Shown in pieces: positions 27,401 through 38,236 of a DNA stretch of 64,000 nt (position 1 is its first letter; every line of letters begins with the position of its first letter). Origin of the DNA: a virus; the IMG/VR virus record IMGVR_UViG_3300009610_000003, positions 1-64,000 of that record; one strand, given 5' to 3'. The notes below the pieces were generated by a model, which did not search any database, was not told the DNA's origin, and was given only the letters and a program-made list of their open reading frames with translations. Made by a program: the position numbers and the translations under genes.

Positions 27401-30400
27401 GGTCAGATTGGTGACATCCGCCTGCGCGTGGGTGTGTGAGACGTTCGCCTTGAGCGCACCGAGGGCGGTATCCGCCGCAGTCACGAAAGCCGTGGTCGCA
27501 AGCTGGGTGGTGCTGGTCAGGGCCGCCGCCGTGGGTGCGGCTGGGACACCCGTGAAGGTCGGGCTCGCTAGGTTCGCCTTCAGGTTGTCTGCCGTGGTGA
27601 CGAACGCCGTGGTTGCAAGCTGGGTGGTGTTGTCACCCGCCGTCGCTGTAGGCGCGGCAGGCACGCCCGTGAACGTTGGCCCGGCCAGATTGGCTTTCAG
27701 GTTGAGCGCGGTCTGCTGAGCAGTGGAAACCGGCTTGGCGGTGTCTGCCGTGTTGTCCACGTTCGCGAGGCCGACAGCCGTCTTGTCCAGCGTCTGCCAA
27801 GACTTGTCACCGCGCCAGTATTGCGCGGTCGTGCCGAGGGCAATCGACGGCTCGCCACCGGCCCCGAGCGGCCCCTGCGTGACACCGTTCGCGCGCACGA
27901 ACAGGCCCGTTGTCGTCGTCCACATATCCCCGTTCACGGGGGTCGTCGGCGCGACACCATGCGGCAAGTTGATACTCGCCAGCGAGGCCGTCCCCAGTTC
28001 CGTGGTGACCTTCCCGGTGAAAGTCGGGCTGGCAATGTTTGCCTTTAAGTTAAGCGCGGTCTGGGTGGCCGTGGAAACCGGCTTGGCCGCGTCGGTCGTG
28101 TTGTCCACGTTGGCAAGGCCGACAGCCGTCTTGTCCAACGCCACCCATGACTTGTCACCGCGCCAATACTGAGCCGTGGTGCCTGCGGCTATCAGGGGCT
28201 GCATCAGCGCGATGTTGGCCTGCACGAAGGCGGTCGTCGCAAGCTGGGTGGTGTTCGTCACCGTGGCTGCGGTCGGGGCCGCTGGCGTGCCCGTGAATGT
28301 CGGGCTTGCAAGCGGAGCTTTCAGGCCGAGGTCGGTGACGAGGTTCGTCACGTCAGCCTGTGCGTGGGTATGCGTGGCGTTCGCCTTCAACGCCATATTG
28401 GCCTGCACAAAGGCCGTGGTGGCGATCTGCGTATCGTTGTCGGCGGTCGCCGCCGTTGGCGCGGTCGGCGTGCCGGTCAGCGCGGGCGAGGCCAACGGGG
28501 CCTTGAGGCCGAGGTCAGTGACCAGATTGGTGACATCCGCCTGCGCATGGGTATGGGTCGTATTCGCCTTGAGCGCGTCACCCGCCACCACGAAAGCGGT
28601 CGTCGCAAGCTGCGTGGTGTTCGTGCCCGGCGTCGCGGTCGGCGCTGCCGGAACGCCCGTAAGGGTCGGCGACGCCAAGGGCGCGGCCCCGGACACATCG
28701 CCAACGGCCAGCACGACAGCGCCCTGCCTGCCCGCGACCGAGGTCACTTGGTCGGTGTTGTCCACCTTGTCCCAAGTCACGCCGTTGGAGATTATCCAGT
28801 CGTTGATCGCCCAGTCGCTGATACCGTTGATCAGCGTCGAGCCCGCCACGGCAACCAGATAGTACCAGCCTGTCGCGCCAACTGCCGAGGGTATGGTCGG
28901 CGTGTTGGTCGCCGCGTTCCACGTGCCCTTGTAGATCACCGAGCCGATGACGGCGGCAGGCAACTGCGCCATGGGCACCTTGCCGACGCTGTCGAGGCTG
29001 GCGTAGCCGTCATTCGCGCCCTTTTCGCTTTCCAACTGGTAGTTGGCCAGCGCACTGGTCACGAAAGCGGTCGTCGCCAACTGCGTCGTGCTGGTCAGCG
29101 CAGCCGCCGTAGGCGCGGCTGGGACGCCGGTAAACGTTGGGCTGGCCAGATTTGCCTTGAGCGCGTCGGCGGTCGTCACAAAGGCCGTGGTGGCGATCTG
29201 CGTCGTGGACGTGCCCGCCGTGGCGGTCGGCGCATCCGGGGTGCCAGTGAAGGTCGGGTCTGCCAGCGGTGCCTTCAGCGCGAGGTCGGCAACGAGGCTG
29301 GTGATATCGGCCTGCGCGTGGGTGTGCGTGGCATTCGCCTTCAGCGCCATGTTGGTCTGCACGAACGCGGTCGTCGCAAGCTGGGTGGTGTTCGTCGCCT
29401 GCGCTGCCGTAGGCGCTGCCGGGATGCCAGTGAAGGTCGGTGCGGCCAACGGGGCTTTCAGCGCGAGGTCGGCGACGAGGCTGGTGACATCGGCCTGCGC
29501 AATGGGCAGGGTCGGCGGGAAGGTCGCGGGCTTGCCCGTGATGCCAGCCCACGGGACGGCATCGGCGGCCACCGCCGCATTCACCTTGCCATCGTCATCG
29601 CTGTCATAGACCGATGACAGCATGTCGCCGCCGCCCGCCGCCCCGACAGCGGCCTGTACGAAAGCGGTCGTGGCAAGCTGGGTCGTGTTGGTGCCCAACG
29701 TGGCCGTGGGCGCGGCTGGCACGCCCGTGAAGGTCGGCGCGGCCAGATTGGCCTTGAGGTTCAGGGCGGTCTGTGTGGCCGTGCTGACAGGCTTGGCGAG
29801 GTCGGTGGTGTTATCGACGCTGCCAAGGCCGACAGCGGCCTTGTCCAGTGTCTGCCAAGTCTTGGTGCCCTGCCAGTATTGCGCTGCCGTGCCCGCCGCT
29901 ATCGCGGGCTCGCCGCCCACGCCGAGCGGCCCCACGCTCACGCCATTGGTGCGCAGGAACAGACCGGCGGTCGTCGTCCACACATCCCCGTTCACCGGGG
30001 CCGAAGGGGCCACGCCATGCGGGATGTTGATGCTGGCCAGCGCAGTCGTCCCCAACTCGGTCGTGACCTTGCCAGTGAACGTGGGCGAAGCGATATTTGC
30101 TTTGAGGTTGAGCGCTGTCTGCTGTGCTGTACTTACAGGCTTCGCAGTATCGGCAGTATTATCAACACTACCTAGACCGACAGACGCCTTGTCCAAGGTC
30201 TGCCACGTCTTGGTTCCCTGCCAATACTGCGCTGCCGTCCCGGCTGCGATGGTGGGTTCCTTGGTCGCTGCCGAGGTTGCGATGCCCCCGGTCACGAACG
30301 CCGTGGTCGCGATGGTGGTGTCGTTGTCGCCTGCCGTGGGTGTCGGCGCGGTCGGCGCACCTGTCAGGGCCGGGCTCGCGAGCGGGGCCTTGAGGCCGAG

Positions 30401-32134
30401 GTCGGTGACGAGGTTGGTCACATCCGCTTGCGCATGTGTATGGCTGACGTTGGCCTTCAACGCCCCGAGCGCGGTATCCGCAGCGGTCACAAACGCGGTC
30501 GTGGCCAACTGCGTGGTGCTGGTCAGGGCCGCCGCTGTAGGTGCTGCCGGAACACCTGTGAACGTGGGCGAGGCGAGTGGCGACTTCAGCGCGAGGTCGG
30601 TGACGAGGTTGGTCACGTCCGCCTGCGCGTGCGTGTGGGCCACGTTCGCCTTGAGCGCGCCGAGCGCCGTGTCGGCAGCGGTCACGAAAGCAGTTGTAGC
30701 CAACTGCGTGGTGCTGGTCAGGGCCGCCGCCGTGGGCGCTGCGGGCACGCCAGTAAAAGTTGGATTGGCCAACGGTGCCTTGAGGCCGAGGTCGGTGACA
30801 AGGTTGGTCACGTCCGCCTGCGCGTGGGTGTGGCTGACGTTGGCCTTCAACGCCCCGAGGGCCGTGTCTGCGGCAGTGACGAAAGCAGTCGTGGCAAGTT
30901 GTGTCGTTGACGTAAGCGCCGCCGCCGTGGGGGCTGCGGGCGTGCCTGTGAAGGTCGGCGAAGCGAGCGGGGCCTTGAGGGCCATGTTCGCCTGCACGAA
31001 AGCCGTGGTGGCGATGTTGGTGGTGCTGTCGGCAGTCGCCGCCGTTGGCGCGGTCGGTGTCCCGGTCAGCGCTGGCGATGCAAGAGGGGCCTTGAGGTCG
31101 AGCGTCGCCTGCAAATTGACGATGGTGCTGATGGCCTGCACGCCGGTATGATTGGTGCGGGCCAGCAAATCCAGACTGTCCAGACCGTCCACCTTGTCGG
31201 CGTCCAGACCGCTCGCCGCGCCATCGACCGGCGCGAGCTTGGCCAGTATCGTCGCCCCGTCATCGGTCGCCCCGGCTGGCCCCTGCGGGCCTTGCAGGCC
31301 GGTATCGCCCTTGACGCCCTGTGGGCCTTGAACGCCCTGAATACCCTGCGGGCCGGTCGCCCCGGTGTCACCGGTATCGCCCTTGATGCCCTGCGTCCCG
31401 GCAGGCCCCTGCGGGCCGGGTAGGCCCTGCAAGCCCTGAATGCCCTGCGGCCCCTCCGGGCCGACGACATTGCCGCAATCGACCCAGCTATCGCCGTCCC
31501 AGACCCACAGACGGTCGGTATCGTCAGCGACCCAGCCGTCACCGGTCACATTGCCGGTCGGCGGCAGGCTCGCCGAGGTCGCCACCGAGCCCTTGAAATT
31601 GATGCCCACGCCCGCCGGGCCTTGCGCGCCGACAGGCCCGACAGGTCCCTGCGCGCCTTCCTGACCGGGCTCACCCTGCAAGCCCGTGCTTCCGGGGGCA
31701 CCGTCAGCGCCGGGGTAGCCCGGCTCGCCCTGCGGCCCCTCTGGCCCCTGCAAGCCTTGCGGGCCTGCCGGGCCGAGCGGCCCCTGCGGGCCGGTTATCT
31801 CGCCGCAATCGACCCATGACGAGCCGTCCCAGACCCATGTGTGGCCGGTGTCCTGCGTGATGTAGGCGTCGTTGATCGAAGGGCCGAGGGGCAGGTTGGC
31901 ATAGGTCAGCACCGTGCCCTTGAAGATGATGCCCATGCCGACAGGGCCTTGCGGCCCCGTGGGGCCAAGCGGCCCCTGCGGCCCCTGCGGGCCTATCGGC
32001 CCGCCGAGTTCTTCGACTTCCACCATATGGATCGGCGGTGCGACGATTTCGATGACCGCCGGTCGGTCAACCGTCACGTCGATGTAGAACGCGACCGTTT
32101 CCTGCAACACGATGTCGGTGATGTCATCGGCCAT
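24464..32134 (-). CDS. giant repetitive fibre protein (2556 aa) with N-terminal collagen-like repeats
   Basis: Gly-X-Y runs; many [17 protein letters not shown]...QLATTAFV units; HTHAQADV units; VGLxxVDNTxD units. Confidence 0.9.
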   Translation of the reverse strand: MADDITDIVLQETVAFYIDVTVDRPAVIEIVAPPIHMVEVEELGGPIGPQGPQGPLGPTGPQGPVGMGIIFKGTVLTYANLPLGPSINDAYITQDTGHTWVWDGSSWVDCGEITGPQGPLGPAGPQGLQGPEGPQGEPGYPGADGAPGSTGLQGEPGQEGAQGPVGPVGAQGPAGVGINFKGSVATSASLPPTGNVTGDGWVADDTDRLWVWDGDSWVDCGNVVGPEGPQGIQGLQGLPGPQGPAGTQGIKGDTGDTGATGPQGIQGVQGPQGVKGDTGLQGPQGPAGATDDGATILAKLAPVDGAASGLDADKVDGLDSLDLLARTNHTGVQAISTIVNLQATLDLKAPLASPALTGTPTAPTAATADSTTNIATTAFVQANMALKAPLASPTFTGTPAAPTAAALTSTTQLATTAFVTAADTALGALKANVSHTHAQADVTNLVTDLGLKAPLANPTFTGVPAAPTAAALTSTTQLATTAFVTAADTALGALKANVAHTHAQADVTNLVTDLALKSPLASPTFTGVPAAPTAAALTSTTQLATTAFVTAADTALGALKANVSHTHAQADVTNLVTDLGLKAPLASPALTGAPTAPTPTAGDNDTTIATTAFVTGGIATSAATKEPTIAAGTAAQYWQGTKTWQTLDKASVGLGSVDNTADTAKPVSTAQQTALNLKANIASPTFTGKVTTELGTTALASINIPHGVAPSAPVNGDVWTTTAGLFLRTNGVSVGPLGVGGEPAIAAGTAAQYWQGTKTWQTLDKAAVGLGSVDNTTDLAKPVSTATQTALNLKANLAAPTFTGVPAAPTATLGTNTTQLATTAFVQAAVGAAGGGDMLSSVYDSDDDGKVNAAVAADAVPWAGITGKPATFPPTLPIAQADVTSLVADLALKAPLAAPTFTGIPAAPTAAQATNTTQLATTAFVQTNMALKANATHTHAQADITSLVADLALKAPLADPTFTGTPDAPTATAGTSTTQIATTAFVTTADALKANLASPTFTGVPAAPTAAALTSTTQLATTAFVTSALANYQLESEKGANDGYASLDSVGKVPMAQLPAAVIGSVIYKGTWNAATNTPTIPSAVGATGWYYLVAVAGSTLINGISDWAINDWIISNGVTWDKVDNTDQVTSVAGRQGAVVLAVGDVSGAAPLASPTLTGVPAAPTATPGTNTTQLATTAFVVAGDALKANTTHTHAQADVTNLVTDLGLKAPLASPALTGTPTAPTAATADNDTQIATTAFVQANMALKANATHTHAQADVTNLVTDLGLKAPLASPTFTGTPAAPTAATVTNTTQLATTAFVQANIALMQPLIAAGTTAQYWRGDKSWVALDKTAVGLANVDNTTDAAKPVSTATQTALNLKANIASPTFTGKVTTELGTASLASINLPHGVAPTTPVNGDMWTTTTGLFVRANGVTQGPLGAGGEPSIALGTTAQYWRGDKSWQTLDKTAVGLANVDNTADTAKPVSTAQQTALNLKANLAGPTFTGVPAAPTATAGDNTTQLATTAFVTTADNLKANLASPTFTGVPAAPTAAALTSTTQLATTAFVTAADTALGALKANVSHTHAQADVTNLTTDLGLKAPLASPTFTGVPAAPTAAALTSTTQLATTAFVTTADALKANLASPTFTGTPAAPTPATADNTTTLATTAHVQANMALKVSDAASDSRFYFRRNAVWEDFFKYANPLTTRQYEWRTEIVAPPTTGQFRVNSATMASVTTAWLFKTDLSVLDTTLTMPEMITTGARVGIVNQDAPTTWHIFRVTAPLVDSTTYWTITLTLESSGGVAIANADRVNFIILPSDTTTKANLASPVFTGDPQAPTPATADNDTSIATTAFVKAQAYAPLASPTFTGVPAAPTAAALTNTTQLATTAFVTTADNLKANLASPTFTGVPAAPTAAARTSTTQLATTAFVTTTTREKLTAARTYYVRSDGLDTNTGLTNDAAGAFLTPQAAWNTLSLIDGNGFAVTISIQSLFTTSISTAEDKLVGVTTVSINGVSNATSGLSQVLVTGTTTRIALNNLTLGIGTVLNALVASGVGVEVTVGAGMAFNHTGASASIQATLGGRITVTADITLMTAGCSYILYASLDGYIYISDTAWIIVCPVRPDTFSNVVIAVAFAYAIQGGTIYTADAGIAVTTGPITGPRYSVLTGGKIFGLSALSATTFPGDVAGTVDTLDDSIYGDGVPTAVTAAPGTSTTQIATTAFVTTADNLKANLASPTFTGVPAAPTAAALTNTTQLATTAFVTTADNLKANIASPTFTGKVTTELGTAALASLNIPHGVAPTSPVNGDLWTTTAGLYARINAVTVGPLGAVVSDPLKANLASPVFTGDPQAPTPATADNDTSIATTAYVKAQLYATLADPVFTGTPDAPTAAPGTNTTQLATTAFVAASFAPLASPTFTGVPAAPTAAALTSTTQLATTAFVTTADNLKANLASPTFTGTVTVAALTATGKVTTVLSATGAAGIVLPHGVAPSAPVNGDLWTTTAGLYARINAVTKGPFMDKATADVSDTAPSSPVNGQMWFNSANGNFYIYYMDGTSNQWVQINTVGT

Positions 32135-32138
32135 CGGT

Positions 32139-32570
32139 TCAGCCCTTCTTGCGCGCCGCCCTTGGGAACTTCAGCGTTTTCCCCTGCTGCATCGCGATGG
32201 TGGTCGGCTGGGCCATCAGCGCACCCGCCGCGACGCTGTCGGTCACGTCTGCCGTGACTTCCACCGTGCCCATCAGGATGGTGTTCACCGAGCCCGAGGG
32301 GTAGGTCAGTTGCAAATCCCAGATGTGCGGGGCTATCTCAAGCGCCTGACACTGGGTCGAACTGAGCGACATCGCGATGATGTTGGGCAGCACGACTTCG
32401 GTGACGAACGTCACGATGACCGCACCGCCCGGCTCAAACCGGATTTCGGCCTTCGGCACCACGCCCGTGAGGTCGAGCGGGGCGGTCTTGCCCTCGTCAA
32501 GCCACAGCTTGAACTGCCACGAATAGCTGTCGCCGTGGTACAGCTTGAGCCCATATTCGCTTGGCATCAT
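32139..32570 (-). CDS. BppU-like fibre attachment protein
   Basis: GDSY..., PLDLTG..., WDLQLT...TILMGTV motif; directly before the fibre gene. Confidence 0.6.
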   Translation of the reverse strand: MMPSEYGLKLYHGDSYSWQFKLWLDEGKTAPLDLTGVVPKAEIRFEPGGAVIVTFVTEVVLPNIIAMSLSSTQCQALEIAPHIWDLQLTYPSGSVNTILMGTVEVTADVTDSVAAGALMAQPTTIAMQQGKTLKFPRAARKKG

Positions 32571-34192
32571 GACACGGGTTCCTCAAGCTCTTCCGGCGCG
32601 AACAATTCCGCCAGTTCTTCGGGGCTGATCGGGCCATATTCGTCGTCGCCCGTGCCGACGCTGAGGTCGGGGGTGGCCTCGCCGCCTAGAGGCTGTTCGC
32701 CAATCCCCAACTCTCCCATTCCCATGCCGGTGGGCATGGATGCCGCTTCCTCTTCCGCAACGAGTTCCTGTTCCTCCTCAGCCGTGCGCTCTTCAGACGC
32801 GATGCGACCCCGCTGAAGGTTGGCATAAAGCGTTTCATAGGAAATCACCTTGTTCATCCACAACTCGGTCAACTTGTTCGCCTCGTCGGGCGTCATGTCC
32901 GTGTCGAGGAAATTCAGGTTGGGCTTGACGATCACCTCGTCGGGGTCTTGCCCGACTAGCTCAGCGCAGTAGCGCAGCACCTGCTCAAGCGCGGCAGCGC
33001 TCGTCTGCGCCACGCTCACCAGCGTGGCCGAGCCCGCCCGCGCGCGGATGCGCAGCGCCTCGCCGCTCTCTGCCGCCTTCTTGTCGCCCACCGCGAACAT
33101 GCGCGAGCCCGCCTCTGCGGCCCGGCTGCGCTCGTCTTCAATGGCTGTCTTGTGCGCTTCGATACCCGAGCCCGAGGGGCCAACATACTTGGCGTCGCCC
33201 CCTTCGGGTATCGACACGCCGACGCCCGCGCCCACGTAGGTGGGCATGTCATCGGGGTCGAGCCCGATATAGAACAGGGTTTCCTGCCCGCTCATGAAAA
33301 GCTGGTGGCGGTAGTCGGCGTCCAGCCGGTAGATGGCATACGCCGAGCGCGTCACGCCTATCAGCGGGATTTGATCGGGCTCAAGGCTCAGGTCACGTGA
33401 GCCCGCCACGACCAGCGGTACTTCCTCAAGCGGCTTGCCACCTCGCATCTGCGGCACCACCACCGAGGTGGCGACGCCTTCTTGCACGTCAATCGTGGGG
33501 TCTTCGGTGGGGTCCTTTTCCTCATCGCTGCTCAGGGAATGTCCATCTTCGTCAAGCACTTCGACCTGATACACATCATCGACCAGTTCCAGCACGCGGT
33601 AACGCTTCTTGGCGTCCCACGTGAAACCCGAACGCACCCGGTAGTCTTCTTCCAGCACGAAGAAGTTGCGGCTCTCGGACCAGTTGATGAGGCTTTCCGC
33701 CTTGTAGACGGCCACCCATGGCAGGTCGCCGCCCTCTGGCGGCAGGTCAGCCAGCAGCGCCACCCTGCCAACCGTCAAAATCTCTTCGGTGATGCGCTTG
33801 TGCAGCGCCTCAAGCGTCAGGCCATCGGGGGTCGCCGTCTCCCACATCCCCTCAAGCGGGCTGTCTTCGTCCAGCCCTTCGATCTGCGCCTCGCCGTGGT
33901 GGATGATGCCGAGCATCCCCTGAATGGTCGGGGCCATCAGGTCGGGGAACTGCGCCCGCATCTTGTACGCCTCGTACATGGCCAGCGGCTCAGCCGAGCC
34001 GTTGAACCCCGAGGGCATGGGCAGGTACTTGACGTTCTTGGCCTTGACCGTGGTCGCGCCGTCCACGGCGTCCCGGCATTCCTCGTAGTCGGGGACGATG
34101 ATGCCGAGGTCGGGGTGCCGCTCTTTCACATCGCCGATGCGGGTCGTGCCCTCCTCCTGCGCCGCTGGCTTGAGCTTGACCACCTTGGCCAT
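32567..34192 (-). CDS. portal protein (DUF4055-like)
   Basis: YLPMP..., YKMRAQF, YKAESLINW, ESGEALRIR; follows TerL. Confidence 0.9.
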   Translation of the reverse strand: MAKVVKLKPAAQEEGTTRIGDVKERHPDLGIIVPDYEECRDAVDGATTVKAKNVKYLPMPSGFNGSAEPLAMYEAYKMRAQFPDLMAPTIQGMLGIIHHGEAQIEGLDEDSPLEGMWETATPDGLTLEALHKRITEEILTVGRVALLADLPPEGGDLPWVAVYKAESLINWSESRNFFVLEEDYRVRSGFTWDAKKRYRVLELVDDVYQVEVLDEDGHSLSSDEEKDPTEDPTIDVQEGVATSVVVPQMRGGKPLEEVPLVVAGSRDLSLEPDQIPLIGVTRSAYAIYRLDADYRHQLFMSGQETLFYIGLDPDDMPTYVGAGVGVSIPEGGDAKYVGPSGSGIEAHKTAIEDERSRAAEAGSRMFAVGDKKAAESGEALRIRARAGSATLVSVAQTSAAALEQVLRYCAELVGQDPDEVIVKPNLNFLDTDMTPDEANKLTELWMNKVISYETLYANLQRGRIASEERTAEEEQELVAEEEAASMPTGMGMGELGIGEQPLGGEATPDLSVGTGDDEYGPISPEELAELFAPEELEEPVS

Positions 34193-35613
34193 CAGTGATG
34201 CCCTCCCCTGATCGGGACGACACCGCCCCTTGCCGATTTGCCGAACACAAGGTCGGTGATGGCCCAGACCATGGCGTCGAGCCTGTCCGGGGAACCCGCG
34301 CCCTCGTAGCCGCGCTGGGTCATGTAGATCATCTGGTCTTCCAGCTTGGCCATGCTGCCCACGTGGCGCACCCTGCCCTGCTCGTAGAGCGCCGCCACGG
34401 GCTCTGCCCTGACCGCCTTGCCCCGAGAGGCATGGACGGGCCTGTAGGGCACGCGCTTGTCGATTGTACGGATGGTGTGTTCGACCATGGCACCGCCGAA
34501 ATTGGCCTCGCCGACGATCATGTCGGCGTCGTGCCTGCGGTAGGTGTCAACCACCCGCCGCGCCCACCCTTCGGGGCCGAGATTGATCGTGGCGTCGTCA
34601 AGCACATAGATCATGCCATCGTCGCCAAGCCCCGCGCAGACGATGCCTACATCGTCACCTACCTCAAATTCGTGGTCGCCGCCACGCGCTTCCTTGCGGC
34701 GCATGTCGATTTCGCCGTGCGTGCCTGACGGGTCAACGCCCACCACCACCCGGCGCATGTCGGGCAGGCCCTCGCTCTTGGTCATGCCCGCGCCCTTCGG
34801 GTTCGACGCCGAGCGCATCTCAAGCATCCTGCGCGTCCACATCGCGCCCGGCACATCGTCAAGCACTTCGGCGTGCAGTTCCTGCCGCCCGAGCCTTGTG
34901 CCTTCGTACTTCTCCTTCATCTTGGCCAAGAACTTGGCCGAGAGATTGTGATAATTGTCGTATGTGCTGCCGCGCGTTACGAAGGTGTCTTTATTTTCAA
35001 GTAGTTCCCTGACAACTGGAATTGGACGCGGGGTTGTAGTGACCAACTGCCGGGGGTTATCGCCGACGCGCAGACCGAACTGTAGCATGTCCCAAGTTTC
35101 TTGCGCGTACTGCCACTTGGCAAGCTCATCTGACCAAGCGGCCTCATGCTCAGGCCCTCTAAGTTGCTCTGGGTCATCTGCGGAATAGGTGTGTGCGACT
35201 GCGCCATTGGGCCATTCCAGCTTGCGTAGGGAGGGTTTGTAGACCGGGCGGAATTCAGGGGGGTGGCACTTCAGGATGCCGCCTTGGCTCTGCACCATGA
35301 CATCACGGGCGTCGGCGGCTGTCTCGGCGACGAGGGCCATGTGCCTGACGCGCCCGCCCGTCAGCGGCGAGCTACCGCACATCATCGACCGCACCCATTC
35401 CGAGCCCATGCGGGTCTTGCCAAAGCCCCGGCCTGCCATGGCCAGCCACACCGACCAGTTGCCGGGGGGTTCCTGTTGATTGGGTCGGCCCCAGAATTCC
35501 CAGTCGTACTCAAGGACGTGTGTCATCTCAGGCGTCAGGCCGAGATAGAACACTTCCTGCTCATGTGGGGGTCGTTTCGACAGCACCGAGGCCATCGCGA
35601 CATTGGCATTCAT
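34192..35613 (-). CDS. terL: terminase large subunit
   Basis: AGRGFGKT Walker A, WSDE Walker B, VGVDP and DRLDA nuclease motifs; start re-assigned to MNANV. Confidence 0.95.
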   Translation of the reverse strand: MNANVAMASVLSKRPPHEQEVFYLGLTPEMTHVLEYDWEFWGRPNQQEPPGNWSVWLAMAGRGFGKTRMGSEWVRSMMCGSSPLTGGRVRHMALVAETAADARDVMVQSQGGILKCHPPEFRPVYKPSLRKLEWPNGAVAHTYSADDPEQLRGPEHEAAWSDELAKWQYAQETWDMLQFGLRVGDNPRQLVTTTPRPIPVVRELLENKDTFVTRGSTYDNYHNLSAKFLAKMKEKYEGTRLGRQELHAEVLDDVPGAMWTRRMLEMRSASNPKGAGMTKSEGLPDMRRVVVGVDPSGTHGEIDMRRKEARGGDHEFEVGDDVGIVCAGLGDDGMIYVLDDATINLGPEGWARRVVDTYRRHDADMIVGEANFGGAMVEHTIRTIDKRVPYRPVHASRGKAVRAEPVAALYEQGRVRHVGSMAKLEDQMIYMTQRGYEGAGSPDRLDAMVWAITDLVFGKSARGGVVPIRGGHH

Positions 35614-35771
35614 GCACTTCCCCCAAATAATGGCCCGCCCCGGCTTGGAACCGTACCGGGGCGGGCCTGACGAAACGCGCCACATGGGCGGTGGGGCTAT
35701 GGGGATGAAATGCGACGCGCTCGCTAAGCGAAGCAAGGTACATTCCCCGAGGGGTCAAGGCAACCTTGGGC

Positions 35772-35800
35772 TTGGCCGAAATGAAAAAGGATCGTACCTT
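35772..35800 (+). promoter_or_regulatory. AAGGATCGTA-class promoter
   Basis: TTGGCC-gaaatgaaaAAGGATCG-TACCTT, 17-nt spacer, upstream of 35836. Confidence 0.65.
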
Positions 35801-35835
35801 TCGAGGCTTAAAAACCGCGACGAGGAACCCCCGAA

Positions 35836-36027
35836 ATGATCACCATGGACAACGAAGAAATCTTCGACGCCATCATCGCCAAGCTGAACGAGGCGCAGGC
35901 CATCCTCACCAAGGAACTGCCCATGCCCGACATGGATGTCGCCGAGTGGAACGCCACGCCCATTGGTCGCGCCGTCAGCCGTATCGGCGATGTCTTGGAA
36001 CTGATGCAGGAACTGGAACTGGAATGA
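35836..36027 (+). CDS. hypothetical protein
   Basis: GAGGA ribosome binding site; first of an overlapping ORF chain. Confidence 0.55.
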   Translation: MITMDNEEIFDAIIAKLNEAQAILTKELPMPDMDVAEWNATPIGRAVSRIGDVLELMQELELE

Positions 36028-36239
36028 AGGTCACCCGCAAATCGCAGATCACCGGCAAGGCCGCCAGCATGGAACTGCCTATCACCATGGCCCAGTGGGC
36101 GGAATGGATGTCATCGCGGCGCACGCGCCTGATACAGGACATCTTCCCCCAGCTAACCAACGAGCAGCGCGAATTCCTCAAGACCGGCATCACGCCCGAG
36201 GAATGGGACAAGCACATCAGGAAGGACGACAACGAATGA
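36024..36239 (+). CDS. hypothetical protein
   Basis: MKVTRKS...LIQDIFPQL...REFLKTGITPEEW; ATGA overlap. Confidence 0.65.
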   Translation: MKVTRKSQITGKAASMELPITMAQWAEWMSSRRTRLIQDIFPQLTNEQREFLKTGITPEEWDKHIRKDDNE

Positions 36240-36442
36240 CCTACATCGTCAGATGCCCGAACGGGCAGCGCTGGAAGGTGCGGGACGCCCGCTCACTGGA
36301 TGCTGCGCTTGACCAGATCGCCCTTGCCCGTGTCACTGGCAGCATCGGGGGCAAGACCACCTGCAATGGCACCCTGCTCGCGGACGTGGTTCAGATCAAC
36401 TCGGATGGTAGCGAGCGCCAGCCCTACTCGCAGGTGTACTGA
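36236..36442 (+). CDS. hypothetical protein
   Basis: MTYIVRCP start; ATGA overlap. Confidence 0.5.
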   Translation: MTYIVRCPNGQRWKVRDARSLDAALDQIALARVTGSIGGKTTCNGTLLADVVQINSDGSERQPYSQVY

Positions 36443-36705
36443 TGAGCAAGCAACTGGGCGACGCGCCCATCGACCCCGAGCTACACAAGCTGATGAATGC
36501 ACTGGCGCACGGCATTGACGAACTGCTGAACGGCAAGCCGCCCACCACCAAAACGAACGGCTTCATCTTGATGGTGTTCCCGTTCGAAGGGCACGAAGGC
36601 CGCTGCAACTACATCAGCAACGCCCACCGCGAGGACGTGGTGACCATGCTCAAGGAACAGGTCGCCCGCTTCGAAGGCCAAGCCGAGGTGAGGGGAAACG
36701 CATGA
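36442..36705 (+). CDS. hypothetical protein
   Basis: GFILMVFPF...NYISNA.R; TGATG coupling. Confidence 0.65.
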   Translation: MSKQLGDAPIDPELHKLMNALAHGIDELLNGKPPTTKTNGFILMVFPFEGHEGRCNYISNAHREDVVTMLKEQVARFEGQAEVRGNA

Positions 36706-36890
36706 CCAGCTACTACCTCACGCCCGAGGCCGAGGCCCTACGCACCGAGGCGCTGGTGAAGCGTATCGCGTCCGAGCCGCACCCCTTCCGGGAAGACAGC
36801 GACTTCTGGAAGCTGCCTGCCAAGCTCAAGTTCCGCGTCGCCGAGGTCGCTTACCCGATCAAATACGCGGACGCCCGCGTTATTATCTAA
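36702..36890 (+). CDS. hypothetical protein
   Basis: ATGA overlap; ribosome binding site. Confidence 0.5.
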   Translation: MTSYYLTPEAEALRTEALVKRIASEPHPFREDSDFWKLPAKLKFRVAEVAYPIKYADARVII

Positions 36891-37019
36891 CCCACTGATT
36901 TTACAGGGAAAGTGTCAATTTATGAGACCGGCGTTCTTGGTTCAGGTTCGTAATAGACGTTGCATCCCACGGGGGTTCCTCTTGGTCGTGCACCACAGAT
37001 ATTGTCGATGAGGCGTTAA

Positions 37020-37271
37020 ATGAACACCAGCCTCGTCATCTACCGGATGCCAGACACCATCGGCGAGCGCTGCTCGCTGGCCTGCCACGTGCTGTCGGTG
37101 AACGGCACCTTCATCAAGGAAACCCACAGCTACGGCGAGCAGCCGCCTGCCGACCTGCTCGCCATGGCGAGCAACCTGTCTCACGCCCTGATGGTGCCGA
37201 TTGAGTTACGGGACACGCGCCCCAAGCCGTCGCCGCGCATCGTCGGGGCAGGGCTCAGGCTGGTGGTGTGA
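37020..37271 (+). CDS. hypothetical protein
   Basis: GAGG ribosome binding site; 83 aa. Confidence 0.5.
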   Translation: MNTSLVIYRMPDTIGERCSLACHVLSVNGTFIKETHSYGEQPPADLLAMASNLSHALMVPIELRDTRPKPSPRIVGAGLRLVV

Positions 37272-37445
37272 TCGGTGCGGGCAGGGCTGTTGCGACCCTG
37301 CCCGCTTTTCCACCCGGCGAACCAGAAGAGCATCCGAAAACCGGGCGAAATAGAACCGGGGCGGGGGAGGGGGAAAGGATGACGCCCCCTGCCCCGCACC
37401 CGGCTACATTCCCGGCCCCACTGACGAGTGCCGCCGGGAAGACGA

Positions 37446-37467
37446 GGTTTCGCCACGTGGCGAAACC
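37446..37467. repeat. perfect 22-bp palindrome GGTTTCGCCACGTGGCGAAACC, copy 1
   Basis: read directly; second copy at 63844-63865. Confidence 0.9.
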
Positions 37468-37472
37468 GAAGC

Positions 37473-37760
37473 TCACTTCCGCCAGCGCACGCTGATGCGG
37501 CACTGATCTAGGTCGGGCCGCTCTTTGCTGGTGGTGATGAGCGTGTTGCAAAGCTCGCCGATGGTCTGCGAGCCCCGCCATGGGGCTTCCAGCTTGCCCG
37601 CCAGCCAGCCATCGGGGCTGATCAGCGAGGCGCTGACGATGTAGACCGGCACCTGCTGGGATGTGCTGGCGTCCGAGGCCGCAGGGTCTGGCGCTGGTGC
37701 GTCAGGCGGTGGCGGCACCGGGGTGATGTTTTCGAGGTCGATCAAGGTTTCCTGTTTCAT
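37473..37760 (-). CDS. hypothetical protein
   Basis: MKQETLID start with ATGA overlap. Confidence 0.5.
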   Translation of the reverse strand: MKQETLIDLENITPVPPPPDAPAPDPAASDASTSQQVPVYIVSASLISPDGWLAGKLEAPWRGSQTIGELCNTLITTSKERPDLDQCRISVRWRK

Positions 37761-38236
37761 CCCGGACCTGCTGTCGCTGTGACTGATTTGGTGGTGGCGA
37801 TCACCGTGGTGGGTGCCGCGTTCTCTGCCGCGCCCGTGTTGCGCAGCGTCAGGTTGAGCGCGGCAATCACCGTGATCTGGAACACGCCCGCCGTGGCGAC
37901 GGTCACGCACATCCCCACGGCGAGCCCCGTGGTCGCAGCCACAGGCACGACCACGGTCGCACCCACAGCGGGCTGCGTGAACCCTGCGGTGGTCGTGGTC
38001 GGCGTCACGCCCGAGGGGCGCGTAAGCTGCACATCGGTGTCGCAGGCCGCCTGCGCCAGCGCGATGCTGGCATAGGGGCCTGATGTTTTGCGGGTGGTGC
38101 GGTATTTCGCGCTGTTGGTGCGGTCAACGAAATACTCGTTGCCGAAGCGCCGGATGCGATGGCCGTATCGGCCACTGTCGAAGAAGGCCGGGATGGCACC
38201 ATAGTTTCGGATGTAGGCGTGCGAGGTGACGGCCAT
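37757..38236 (-). CDS. possible virion accessory protein
   Basis: Thr/Ala/Val-rich beta C-half (TTTTAGFTQPAVGATVVVPV); coupled to TerS. Confidence 0.5.
   Translation of the reverse strand: MAVTSHAYIRNYGAIPAFFDSGRYGHRIRRFGNEYFVDRTNSAKYRTTRKTSGPYASIALAQAACDTDVQLTRPSGVTPTTTTAGFTQPAVGATVVVPVAATTGLAVGMCVTVATAGVFQITVIAALNLTLRNTGAAENAAPTTVIATTKSVTATAGPG

Noticed and set aside
24531-31151. Long plus-strand ORFs opposite the fibre (and similar ones opposite the ART protein, tape measure and PolA)
   Set aside because: Antisense shadows expected from high-GC codon bias; no motifs or ribosome binding sites
24464-32134. CRISPR-like or non-coding repeat array
   Set aside because: The repeats are in-frame protein repeats with synonymous variation and no unique spacers
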